Virus record (IMG/VR): IMGVR_UViG_3300012956_000001
Location: 89,730-153,729 of that record
Strand: one strand, 5' to 3'
Origin: a virus
Taxonomy: Duplodnaviria > Heunggongvirae > Uroviricota > Caudoviricetes
Length of the DNA stretch: 64,000 nt
Shown: one piece after another, positions 11,601 through 18,921 of the stretch
How the letters are laid out: each line of letters starts with the position of its first letter
How positions within the stretch are numbered: position 1 is the first letter of the stretch
The notes under the pieces: generated by a model
What the model saw: the letters and a program-made list of their open reading frames with translations, nothing else
What the model was told of the DNA's origin: nothing
The model's database searches: none
Made by a program: the position numbers and the translations under genes

Positions 11601-12980
11601 GATCCATCTGATTTGTATGAGAGTGGATACTCAAGTCTAAATGCGCTCAATGAATTGTACTGGAACAACTACGCATATGCTTACAACTATAATGCGTTTG
11701 TTGAGTTTGTAGAGAACCTATTGCAACCATTGTTTGTACAGGCAAGAAAGCTTGTTCCTGCTCGTGCCAAGTTGCTAACCGGGTTGGTAATAGAGTCGCC
11801 AATACTAGAACGTAACAAGATAAAGTGGAATCGTATTGATACGTCTGGCGCAGGAACATTTGAAGAAGATGTTACACCTACATTGTATGCGGAACCAATT
11901 TCTACTGAACCAGTAGAATTTCAGTCAGAATTTAGCTTACATGAAACGGAAATTGATCATATTGATTCTACCGCAGTAGATGCGTCGATTGATTTGTTGG
12001 AGGGTACAGTAGTTACCACCGACGAGACTACGCCGCTTGCTGAGTCGTGTGGTTATGATGCTACATATGAGTTAGACGTAAACAATTCTGTTACAAGTAC
12101 GTTTGATACGTTTACATCTGACATTGACAATTCTGATCTAAATCAAATTGAGTTTGAGTCACTCTTCTACGATGATGAAACCTCTAGATTAGACTATCTA
12201 CAAACGTTGCTACGTCGATTTAATGCTTTGAGCATAATTCAAGTACGTGATGAAGATAGACCATACTTCAATGAATTGTTACAAACATTTAGACCCGGAT
12301 CAAACATATCCGTCTTCAGCGGCATGAACAATGTCATGGATGACAACATATGGATTGATACAATTCAACCATATGTTGATTTCTTGGATATTAAGAGTAC
12401 GACATATTTCACCCAGCAGGACGGATTGGTTGCCGTTCGTACCGAACGTCAGGTTCGGGTCAATGAAGCAACCATAACTGCTGCTGGTGATTGGACTTAT
12501 GGTACCACATATGTCAGAAACCAATATGTTACGCAATCATTGCAAACCGGCGCAGCAGCCGATGGCAATGGATATGAATATGTGTGTGTTACGCCGTTAG
12601 CGTCCGGTAGCTTTATTAGTTACAACCCACCGGCGCTAGATACAGAAAATTGGCGTAAGATGCGGTATACTACAGTACCAGCAATAAATCTACGGGTGGC
12701 TACAAATGTCAGTGGATCTATTCAGTTGGCAGCATCTGGAAGTGGATATGTTCCGTTTACGGGATACGATCCAAAGCATTATAGGTTCCATCGAGACACC
12801 AGATTGGGTACATTACGTAGAATTTGGTATGGTTGTAAGCAAACAGACGCCACCACCATTGATGGTGGCCCAGCAGTAGAAGTTATACCATCCGCAGGAG
12901 ATGTTTTGGTCGTTTCCACGGGTGCCGAACCAATTCAGCGACCAAATGACAATTCTGGACCCATACTTGGTGTTCGATAA
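8655..12980 (+). CDS. Large baseplate wedge protein (gp7-like) with LamG/ConA-like domain
   Basis: 1441 aa; ATG at 8655 overlaps the upstream TGA. 'LLKAKGTKSALRGLLNTYG' is a wedge/tail-P2-I-like motif. 'FVGNIDEFRLWSEYLT' is a LamG signature. Confidence 0.75.
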   Translation: MTNPYEGYIPLSDAEIQSSQQNNNIRDDAVVVRTAIGGVVWILPEFTDLITQYKTGVLTGAESAPAGVILRALPKPPDVVDTTPTYPDGFIPPDPFVPQTPSPTHTPGAFYLPIRIGVYNKPPQTQKRLNININVLPSVPTFAESNVNIDWKLQLRPIPINLTQATLAAARRLLDGKVESYFDQDRINKTLLNFGEDYQAMILNWAYDPFDTTNKTVLVKLYQPLPPEVELLTELWITRELSPSYLDQIFVVFVPGEGLKLYLRPPNREITVTSVDGNEVNNVTLQTLLTTGSVSKTNLQDPILEEWFITSLEGAELNIDYTNFKNFVFYSSAKKRLDAFRQKLIVLQDYTSILSEQSASIAAATTTAGLAGFTSSLAYGGYERISEQRIDLLRSFDGYERFLYYGSGSAYSSSFSDDGGEVDQIYYISDATWPKINGSLISVASASNVDLYSIGGSQFTPDGDYDGLVSWWDAITYVAEEYDRQNQNRLANNLPEYLVNDDQSSDFLTFLDMIGHHFDVVKSYADAMPQIYNRNNDPTEGISPDMVWNIASSFGIDLPNQYAVKQLVDYTIGQIGEVSPTVYRQVAAETWKRFLHNQIYLLKAKGTKSALRGLLNTYGVLPTTIQIRESSTPSFYTSQSYELIEEQTNTLDLTTGSYVAIPFSGSGLPAIQSVQVRFAGTNAQQTVLWNVDDQWGVRLVPLSSSYGQVAIVNAAGTNIATSDLFKIYDGNYYTVTVQRTGSIAHLYTQRADDDGDIIDSSHTSGTLNTWLSGSTLYLGSSGSTWGTSFVGNIDEFRLWSEYLTTQTIDRHVQYAGLYNGNDTGSAKDNLPVRLSFNKPRNLGSATASLRFVPNESPYIRVSGRPAVYNEFSASGFANETEYPYSMTTVTRTVLRYAPNTGGSQFVSNKIVIADPATHRYLADDSGSGIPILSHEKSMVTVQQKFDNVQNNNIVGFYFSPTDAINDSIIRTIGNIDIQDYIGDPSDLYESGYSSLNALNELYWNNYAYAYNYNAFVEFVENLLQPLFVQARKLVPARAKLLTGLVIESPILERNKIKWNRIDTSGAGTFEEDVTPTLYAEPISTEPVEFQSEFSLHETEIDHIDSTAVDASIDLLEGTVVTTDETTPLAESCGYDATYELDVNNSVTSTFDTFTSDIDNSDLNQIEFESLFYDDETSRLDYLQTLLRRFNALSIIQVRDEDRPYFNELLQTFRPGSNISVFSGMNNVMDDNIWIDTIQPYVDFLDIKSTTYFTQQDGLVAVRTERQVRVNEATITAAGDWTYGTTYVRNQYVTQSLQTGAAADGNGYEYVCVTPLASGSFISYNPPALDTENWRKMRYTTVPAINLRVATNVSGSIQLAASGSGYVPFTGYDPKHYRFHRDTRLGTLRRIWYGCKQTDATTIDGGPAVEVIPSAGDVLVVSTGAEPIQRPNDNSGPILGVR

Positions 12981-12989
12981 TAAAGTTTC

Positions 12990-13009
12990 CTACTATTTAT
13001 CCGTAGTAG
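12990..13009 (+). promoter_or_regulatory. Putative late promoter TATTTAT (12994-13000) inside a 6-bp hairpin
   Basis: ctacta-tttatccg-tagtag inverted repeat. The motif ends 30 nt before the ATG at 13031 and recurs upstream of other structural blocks. Confidence 0.55.
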
Positions 13010-13030
13010 TTAAATCGTGGAGAGTAACTA

Positions 13031-13666
13031 ATGGCATATTTGGACAATAGTACAACAACAATAGATGCAATTCTTACAAAAAAGGGACGCGAACTGCTTT
13101 CCAAGGGCGCAGGCTTTCAAATTACACAATTTGCATTGGCCGACGACGAAGTAGATTATGGCTTGTATACCACCAGCCACCCATTGGGTTCTAGCTTTTA
13201 CGGCAGCATAATTGAAAATATGCCACTGGTGGAGGCTTCCCCTGATGAAACACAGGTAATGCGATATAAGTTGGTAACGCTACCGCGTGGAACTAAGCAA
13301 ATTCCAATTATTTCACTTGGATTTGATAGTATCACCATCACAGCTGGTCAGGCAAATGCAATTCCAGTTCGACCAACCACCACAAACGGACTCAATGGTG
13401 CAGGATTTGGCTACACGGCCATTCTGTACAATGCAGACTCCGCTGTATTGGTTGGCACTGGTCTGCCAGCAAACGTCGCACCTACCGCACCGGCCTTCTT
13501 GGGTGACGCCGGTACGGCAAATGCTGTAGTATCACAAGGTCTTGAGTTTACACTTACGCCGAAGGATGTTGCCGCACAAGTAACAACTCAATTGACTATT
13601 ATTGGCAATCAGACTGGCGCAACAATTACCATCCCGGTCATCGTCAAGCCAAAGCCAACCACATAA
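13031..13666 (+). CDS. Conserved baseplate/tail structural protein
   Basis: SD GGAG. 'MAYLDNSTTTIDAILTKKGRELL...ITQFALADDEVDY' N-terminus recalled from large-myophage structural proteins. Confidence 0.7.
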   Translation: MAYLDNSTTTIDAILTKKGRELLSKGAGFQITQFALADDEVDYGLYTTSHPLGSSFYGSIIENMPLVEASPDETQVMRYKLVTLPRGTKQIPIISLGFDSITITAGQANAIPVRPTTTNGLNGAGFGYTAILYNADSAVLVGTGLPANVAPTAPAFLGDAGTANAVVSQGLEFTLTPKDVAAQVTTQLTIIGNQTGATITIPVIVKPKPTT

Positions 13667-13683
13667 TTTAGGAGTCTTGACTG

Positions 13684-14754
13684 ATGAGTACCTATAAGCG
13701 TTTTGATGAAGATGATTTTGTACCTGGCAATCCTACAGAAGTTACTGTAGGCTTGTGGAGTGGAGACACGGGCAGTTTAGCCAGCTTCTTTACTTCCTCG
13801 GCACAGGCATCTTCCTCGTTAAGCGGACAATATTACTGGGATGTGTACCAGGCTAATCCAAATACAGGCGGAACGTTGCCAGTACCAGAAGTACAGTTCT
13901 CTGTATCGTATGGTAATCGTAGTGGCGGCGGCGCACCAACACTTGCACAAAGTGACAACGCCACGCTGTCCACACAGGCAGTATATTCCCAGTATCGTAA
14001 TTTGCTGTTAGATCCAAGTGATACACAGTTCACATTTGATGGATCATACAATAGTGATGAGATTTACGTTATTAACATTGCTCGCGGTCGTTTGAAGGAA
14101 CGAATGGACCCGGGCAATTGGTTGCTAACGCTATCTGGATCAAATGGCACACGAACCTTTATTGATGATTCAGGCCAGACACTAGATCCAACCGTTGGTA
14201 AGGCAGGTTCAGTGTTCAACATCGTATCTGGTAACTTGACTGGCGCCTCTGGTTCGACTATTGCAGTATCGCAGTCGGCTGTTTGGGGTGGATATGGATT
14301 GTTCTATCCATCGCTGGGCATTATGGTATTGAATCCTAATGCCGTAAGTGAATCAGTTGGTTTTGTTGCTGGTGGATTCTATACATCTGGATCAACGGCC
14401 TTTGCAACATCCACGGGCTCGAGCGTACAGCATCAGTACAACCACGTTGGTTTGTATCACTCAATCCGACTTGGTGGAGACTTCCAGGCTCGTTCTGCAG
14501 AAACCATCTCCAGCACCAATTACTTTGTACGCGTTCGTAACAAGGACTTTAACTACTCTAATAACCCAACATTCTATGATGAAACCAATGGAACGTTGAT
14601 TTACAATTCGTTCATCAAAGATCCTCGTGTATATCTGACCACGGTTGGCATGTATAATGATCAAAATGAATGTTTGGCTGTTGCTAAGATGAGCCGTCCT
14701 ACGTTGAAGAGCTTCGATAGAGAACTATTGATTCGTGTACGACTCGATTGGTAA
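13684..14754 (+). CDS. Baseplate/tail-collar-like structural protein
   Basis: SD AGGAG. C-terminal 'TVGMYNDQNECLAVAKMSRP...IRVRLDW' resembles tail-collar/fibre-attachment domains. Confidence 0.65.
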   Translation: MSTYKRFDEDDFVPGNPTEVTVGLWSGDTGSLASFFTSSAQASSSLSGQYYWDVYQANPNTGGTLPVPEVQFSVSYGNRSGGGAPTLAQSDNATLSTQAVYSQYRNLLLDPSDTQFTFDGSYNSDEIYVINIARGRLKERMDPGNWLLTLSGSNGTRTFIDDSGQTLDPTVGKAGSVFNIVSGNLTGASGSTIAVSQSAVWGGYGLFYPSLGIMVLNPNAVSESVGFVAGGFYTSGSTAFATSTGSSVQHQYNHVGLYHSIRLGGDFQARSAETISSTNYFVRVRNKDFNYSNNPTFYDETNGTLIYNSFIKDPRVYLTTVGMYNDQNECLAVAKMSRPTLKSFDRELLIRVRLDW

Positions 14755-14775
14755 GAAACACATAGGAGATAGGTA

Positions 14776-15663
14776 ATGAAGGTCATAACGCCCGACAATT
14801 ACCTAATTCGACCGTTTCGAACAAATAAAACGTGGAATTTTACATACACGTATTTAGGGGGCAGTAATCCGAATCAAGTTCGTATAGACCTTGCGGCGGA
14901 GCCCCCAGCAGATTGGGATACATTTTTAACAAGTTCTGAAGGTCAAAATGATGATGGTATCTACACACGTACATTATATGCGTCTGTACAACATACCTTT
15001 TATACTGGCAGTAGAACTGACATAACTGGTTCCAGATATATCCCCATAGGTGTCCGTGAGAAGCAATTCTATCCAACCGGATCTCAGTTTTATGTAATCA
15101 ACATAGAACAGCAGACATTTGGTGAAGGAATTCGACCGGGCACCTTTGAGCTTTCTTCTGGTGTATCCACTGCAAGTATCGTAGACGATGGATTAGGACG
15201 ATTGGTATCAACAAGTAACCCAACTGCGGTTGTTGGTAATATATTTTATGGATCTGGTATTGCTGTCGTTAAGCAAGATACCGGGTCGTACAGCAGTTCC
15301 TTGGTTACGGATCGTGGATTGTATTTGGCCACAGGATCTGCAATAGAGGTTCAGTACGCGGGCATTCATACTATTTATGAGCATCAAGTCATTTGTACGA
15401 TTGAACCGGGTGAGTTGAATTTTTCTACAAATCCAACAATGCGTTCACGGACGTTAAGTGGTAGTCTGTCAGGAATGACATTTACAGGAAGTACGGGTTC
15501 TATTGCTACAGATTTAGTATTTAGTGGTACGCTAGAACCGTACTTTACGACAGTAGGATTGTTTAACGATGTAGGTCAAATGGTCGCCATCGCTAAATTC
15601 CCAAGAGCTATTAGACGGGTTACAAACACACAACAAACCGTCATTGTGCGATTTGACGCATAA
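14776..15663 (+). CDS. Paralogous baseplate/tail-collar-like structural protein
   Basis: SD AGGAG. C-terminal 'TVGLFNDVGQMVAIAKFPRA...VIVRFDA' aligns with the end of the preceding gene. Confidence 0.65.
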   Translation: MKVITPDNYLIRPFRTNKTWNFTYTYLGGSNPNQVRIDLAAEPPADWDTFLTSSEGQNDDGIYTRTLYASVQHTFYTGSRTDITGSRYIPIGVREKQFYPTGSQFYVINIEQQTFGEGIRPGTFELSSGVSTASIVDDGLGRLVSTSNPTAVVGNIFYGSGIAVVKQDTGSYSSSLVTDRGLYLATGSAIEVQYAGIHTIYEHQVICTIEPGELNFSTNPTMRSRTLSGSLSGMTFTGSTGSIATDLVFSGTLEPYFTTVGLFNDVGQMVAIAKFPRAIRRVTNTQQTVIVRFDA

Positions 15664-15675
15664 CGGAGATACAGC

Positions 15676-16002
15676 ATGAGTCAGTTAGTCGATATCTACA
15701 ATCGTTCACAAAAGCTACGAGCAGTTCAGGCAAAGCAAATTCCTGAATTGGCTGTAGACTATTTTGATCAACAACATCAATTCCAAGATGGTTGGACCAA
15801 CAAGCAGAAGCGCGGCGATCCAACTTCGTGGAAGGAAAACGCTCTAAAGTATTATGACACAGAGCTGACCGATATGGTCACACCAGAAAGCTTTATTCGC
15901 CACGAACAGGGCATTCCGCTAAATCAGTGGAACCCAACACAGAAGTACTTTGTTCCGGGTCGTTCACCTGGCGAAACAGACATCGGCAGCGGCAATCGAT
16001 AA
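15676..16002 (+). CDS. Hypothetical protein
   Basis: 108-aa ORF with SD GGAG, filling the gap between flanking genes. Confidence 0.7.
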   Translation: MSQLVDIYNRSQKLRAVQAKQIPELAVDYFDQQHQFQDGWTNKQKRGDPTSWKENALKYYDTELTDMVTPESFIRHEQGIPLNQWNPTQKYFVPGRSPGETDIGSGNR

Positions 16003-16011
16003 TATACATCA

Positions 16012-17592
16012 ATGATCCGACTATATAACCTATTATTTGAAAGCACTGAGGAGTCTGCTCTAGATTATCTAGGCAGACTCATTCAGCAAAGTCCATTTGC
16101 TGGGAAGGTATTCCTGGCCGGCGGAGCTGTGCGTGATGAAATTTTAGGTCAACCAGTCAAGGACATTGATATTGTTGTTGCTATGCCCGATGGCGGTATT
16201 CAATTTGCAAATTGGATTACAAAAAAGGTCGGTGCATACAAGGATGGTGCCAATCCAGTAGTATATCCACGATTTGGCACCGCAAAGTTTAACCTTCGTG
16301 GTGTAACCCATAACGGTATTGATCTTTCGGGCATCGACATCGAATCTGTTATGACTCGTGGTGAAAAATATGAAACAGGATCTAGAAAGCCTGAAGTTGT
16401 ATATGCTGACCTAAAGGCCGATGCATTCCGCCGAGACCTTACGGTTAACTCACTGTACAAGGATTTGGTTACTGGTGAGATCATTGACCTAACTGGTCGA
16501 GGTCGAGCTGATATAGAAAATGGAATTGTTCGGACTCCATTAGATCCATCTGAAACGTTTGCTGATGATCCACTTCGTATGTTGCGAGCCATTCGTTTTG
16601 CAGTAAAGTACAATTGGAAAATGCCTATGTCTTTGATAAAGGCATTAAAGCAAAATGCATCGTCGCTAACAAACATCTCGTCAGAACGTATTCAGGACGA
16701 ACTTAACAAAATATTGATGACCAACAATCCAGATAAGGGACTCAAACTCTTATCGTATACCGGATTGATGAAACACATTATTCCTGAGTTGGATGCAACT
16801 CGTGGTGTAACACAAAATGCACATCACAAGGATGACGTATTTAATCACATTCTTGAAGTCGTAAAGAACACTCCAAAGAATTTGCAGGCACGACTTGGTG
16901 CATTGTTCCATGATATTGCAAAGCCACAAACAAAGTCAATGGACGAAACGGGCAAGGTTCACTTCTACGGTCACGAAGATGCTGGCGCCGAGGTTGCTAT
17001 TGAGGCAATGAAGCGTCTTCGATATCCGAATGAAATGACAAATACGGTATCGACGCTGGTCAAACACCACATGCGATTGAAGGGCGGTGGTCCAGATGGA
17101 TCTAAGCTATCCGACAAGGCGCTTCGTAAGTTTATGGCAGAAATTGGACCGGATCTAGAGCCAGCGTTGATGTTAATGCACGCAGATAACATCTCACATG
17201 CGGCCGCATCGTCTATGCCAAATCAGATAGAACGGTTGTATGATCGAATGAAGAATCTAAAACAGCCAGTTGCTGGTCCACCTAAGTTACCTGTGAATGG
17301 TAACGACATCATCAAGATGCTTGGAATTAAGCCCGGTCCTATATTACGTGACTTGCTTCAGGCCGTACAAGATGCGTGGTATGAAAATCCAGATATTGAT
17401 GCAGCTACAGCAATGGGTGTCGTTAAGAAGCAGTATGAGAAATTATCTGGTAGTGATACATCAGATACCGACATCATGAATCAAACGGTTAAGAACCCAG
17501 AAACCGGCAATGACATTCTAATCCGCACGGCATTACAATACGATGATCGACACCCAGCAAAACAAGCAGCACTAAAACGAATCAAAAAATAA
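16012..17592 (+). CDS. cca: Class II tRNA nucleotidyltransferase (CCA-adding/poly(A) polymerase family) with HD domain and C-terminal NPET module
   Basis: Motif A 'AGGAVRDEILGQPVKDIDI', flexible loop 'RGEKYETGSRKP', 'RRDLTVNSL', motif D 'DDPLRMLRAIRF', 'ISSERIQDELNKIL', HD 'LFHDIAKP'. Confidence 0.92.
   Translation: MIRLYNLLFESTEESALDYLGRLIQQSPFAGKVFLAGGAVRDEILGQPVKDIDIVVAMPDGGIQFANWITKKVGAYKDGANPVVYPRFGTAKFNLRGVTHNGIDLSGIDIESVMTRGEKYETGSRKPEVVYADLKADAFRRDLTVNSLYKDLVTGEIIDLTGRGRADIENGIVRTPLDPSETFADDPLRMLRAIRFAVKYNWKMPMSLIKALKQNASSLTNISSERIQDELNKILMTNNPDKGLKLLSYTGLMKHIIPELDATRGVTQNAHHKDDVFNHILEVVKNTPKNLQARLGALFHDIAKPQTKSMDETGKVHFYGHEDAGAEVAIEAMKRLRYPNEMTNTVSTLVKHHMRLKGGGPDGSKLSDKALRKFMAEIGPDLEPALMLMHADNISHAAASSMPNQIERLYDRMKNLKQPVAGPPKLPVNGNDIIKMLGIKPGPILRDLLQAVQDAWYENPDIDAATAMGVVKKQYEKLSGSDTSDTDIMNQTVKNPETGNDILIRTALQYDDRHPAKQAALKRIKK
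17470..17589 (+). repeat. NPET protein module, copy 1 (C-terminus of CCA enzyme)
   Basis: DIMNQTVKNPETGNDILIRTALQYDDRHPAKQAALKRIKK; coordinates approximate. Confidence 0.85.
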
Positions 17593-17619
17593 ACCCGCCT
17601 TACGGCGGGTTTTTTATTT
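17591..17619. terminator. Bidirectional intrinsic terminator between convergent genes
   Basis: AAACCCGCC-TTAC-GGCGGGTTT stem with an A-tract upstream and a T-tract downstream. Both convergent stop codons (17590-92 and 17614-16) lie at its edges. Confidence 0.9.
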
Positions 17620-18348
17620 GTACTTGTCTACTATTTGTTGTGCTAGTTTGTGAGCTGGATGATCTTCGTCATATTTAAGAGCAGTACTTATCAATATTTT
17701 ATTGTCTGTATTTGGATTTACTATTGTTTGACTCAAAATCTTAGACATATCTTTTTGATTAGATTGGGTTGATTTCGGTTGGTGTCCAACCGATGCCAAA
17801 AACTTGTTAACTGCATCTTGTGGCATTTCACCAAGATCTTTATATGGTGCGGGAGTAACAAAATGCTCATCGGTAAGATTTGCTAGTGATTTGCCGGCAG
17901 CATCATTGTCAATCACAGCAATAGTATGCTTATTTAGAATAGCAAACCATGACTTCAAAACTTTTGGATTGTTTCCCAATACGGCGATTACCGGAAGACC
18001 AGCGTTGTGAATTTTCACCGCATCAAAAATGCCTTCGGTAACAAATAGATTTGGGTTGTCCGCATCAATAAATTCAGTACCCCAAACCGCTAACTTTGCG
18101 GTTTTTTCGCTTTCTTTCGTAACCCATGTAAAGTATTTAGCTGACAATGAGTTGGTATGATCTTTCTTGTCGCCCATTGGATTGTATCGCTGATATCCAA
18201 CCAATTGACCGGACAAGTTATATAGCAAGAATGTTGCAAGTCCGTTTTCTTTATCTAAGATAACATGTATGTTATCTGGATCAAGTCCACGTTCTCGTAA
18301 GTGAGCTTCTATGCTATTAATTTGTGATGGGGTTAGTGAATCAGACAT
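17614..18348 (-). CDS. Toprim-domain (primase-core-like) protein lacking a Zn finger, with C-terminal NPET module
   Basis: 'FVTEGIFDAVKI...VIAVLG...IAVIDNDAAG' are the Toprim E and DxD motifs. SD GGAG on the minus strand. The only substantial minus-strand gene in the window. Confidence 0.8.
   Translation of the reverse strand: MSDSLTPSQINSIEAHLRERGLDPDNIHVILDKENGLATFLLYNLSGQLVGYQRYNPMGDKKDHTNSLSAKYFTWVTKESEKTAKLAVWGTEFIDADNPNLFVTEGIFDAVKIHNAGLPVIAVLGNNPKVLKSWFAILNKHTIAVIDNDAAGKSLANLTDEHFVTPAPYKDLGEMPQDAVNKFLASVGHQPKSTQSNQKDMSKILSQTIVNPNTDNKILISTALKYDEDHPAHKLAQQIVDKYK
17617..17742 (-). repeat. NPET protein module, copy 2 (C-terminus of Toprim protein)
   Basis: KILSQTIVNPNTDNKILISTALKYDEDHPAHKLAQQIVDKYK. 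Confidence 0.85.
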
Positions 18349-18376
18349 GAGTTACTCCAAAATGTACAATGTATCC

Positions 18377-18383
18377 ATAAGTA
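18377..18383 (-). promoter_or_regulatory. Putative late promoter TACTTAT for the minus-strand Toprim gene
   Basis: ATAAGTA on + reads TACTTAT on -, 28 nt upstream of the ATG at 18348. It sits back-to-back with a + strand copy. Confidence 0.5.
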
Positions 18384-18385
18384 TA

Positions 18386-18406
18386 TCCTATTTATGATAT
18401 AGGAGG
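18386..18406 (+). promoter_or_regulatory. Putative late promoter TATTTAT (18389-18395) in a hairpin that overlaps the HNH ribosome-binding site
   Basis: tcctat-ttatgat-atagga stem. The 3' arm overlaps the SD AGGAGG (18401-18406). Confidence 0.55.
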
Positions 18407-18411
18407 ATGTT

Positions 18412-18882
18412 ATGAAGAAAGCAACAAAAAAGACACGGGCCTTATCAGAATGGGAGCTCAAATTCATAGAAGCCCTATCACGAATACACAAGAGAAACGT
18501 AAACGTCAAAGCAAAGAAGCTTATGAAAAAGACGTATTCTGCTATGGCGGCTATGAAAAAGAGATCTGATGCATGTGGGGTTGATTGTACCATAACCCTA
18601 GATGACATTCGTCAACTAACCTATGAGTTCTATGGTAAGAATTGTGTCTATACAGGTAGACAACTTACATTAGAAAACATTGTATACGACCACATCATAC
18701 CAATTTCTAAGGGCGGTCCTTCTACCAAGGACAACATTCAGATCATTTCACGATTTGCTAACAACATGAAGGGATCGCTCACAGAAGACGACTTTTTAAT
18801 CTTACTGAATTGGTTGAAAAAACTTCCCGACAATTTGAGCACCGAAGTTGCATTCCGTCTTGCTGGTGGCCGGCGCAGATAA
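18412..18882 (+). CDS. Free-standing HNH endonuclease
   Basis: 'CVYTG...YDHIIPISKGGPSTKDNIQIISRFANNMKG' is an HNH motif with degenerate Zn ligands. Basic N-terminus; SD AGGAGG. Confidence 0.85.
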   Translation: MKKATKKTRALSEWELKFIEALSRIHKRNVNVKAKKLMKKTYSAMAAMKKRSDACGVDCTITLDDIRQLTYEFYGKNCVYTGRQLTLENIVYDHIIPISKGGPSTKDNIQIISRFANNMKGSLTEDDFLILLNWLKKLPDNLSTEVAFRLAGGRRR

Positions 18883-18886
18883 TCAC

Positions 18887-18915
18887 TTGACAAATCGATC
18901 TCAAGTGGTTAATAT
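18887..18915 (+). promoter_or_regulatory. Sigma70-type early promoter
   Basis: TTGACA (18887-92), 17-nt spacer, TAATAT (18910-15); the primase ATG follows 6 nt later. Confidence 0.65.
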
Positions 18916-18921
18916 TCAGTC

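Noticed and set aside
578-17691. Intragenic TAYTTAT copies (578, 15372, 17685) as promoters
   Set aside because: A 7-mer in AT-rich DNA is expected by chance many times per 64 kb, and these copies have no adjacent start or hairpin context.
18300-18348. Capsid-targeting leader on the Toprim protein
   Set aside because: MSDSLTPSQINSIE does not fit the K-L-x-x-L-L-x-E or I-I-R-E-E patterns well, so it was not counted as a leader.
18333-18608. Minus-strand 91-aa ORF upstream of the Toprim gene as a separate gene or N-terminal extension
   Set aside because: It is antisense to the HNH gene and ends inside the Toprim gene (last base 18333). The Toprim ATG at 18348 has its own GGAG SD and promoter motif.
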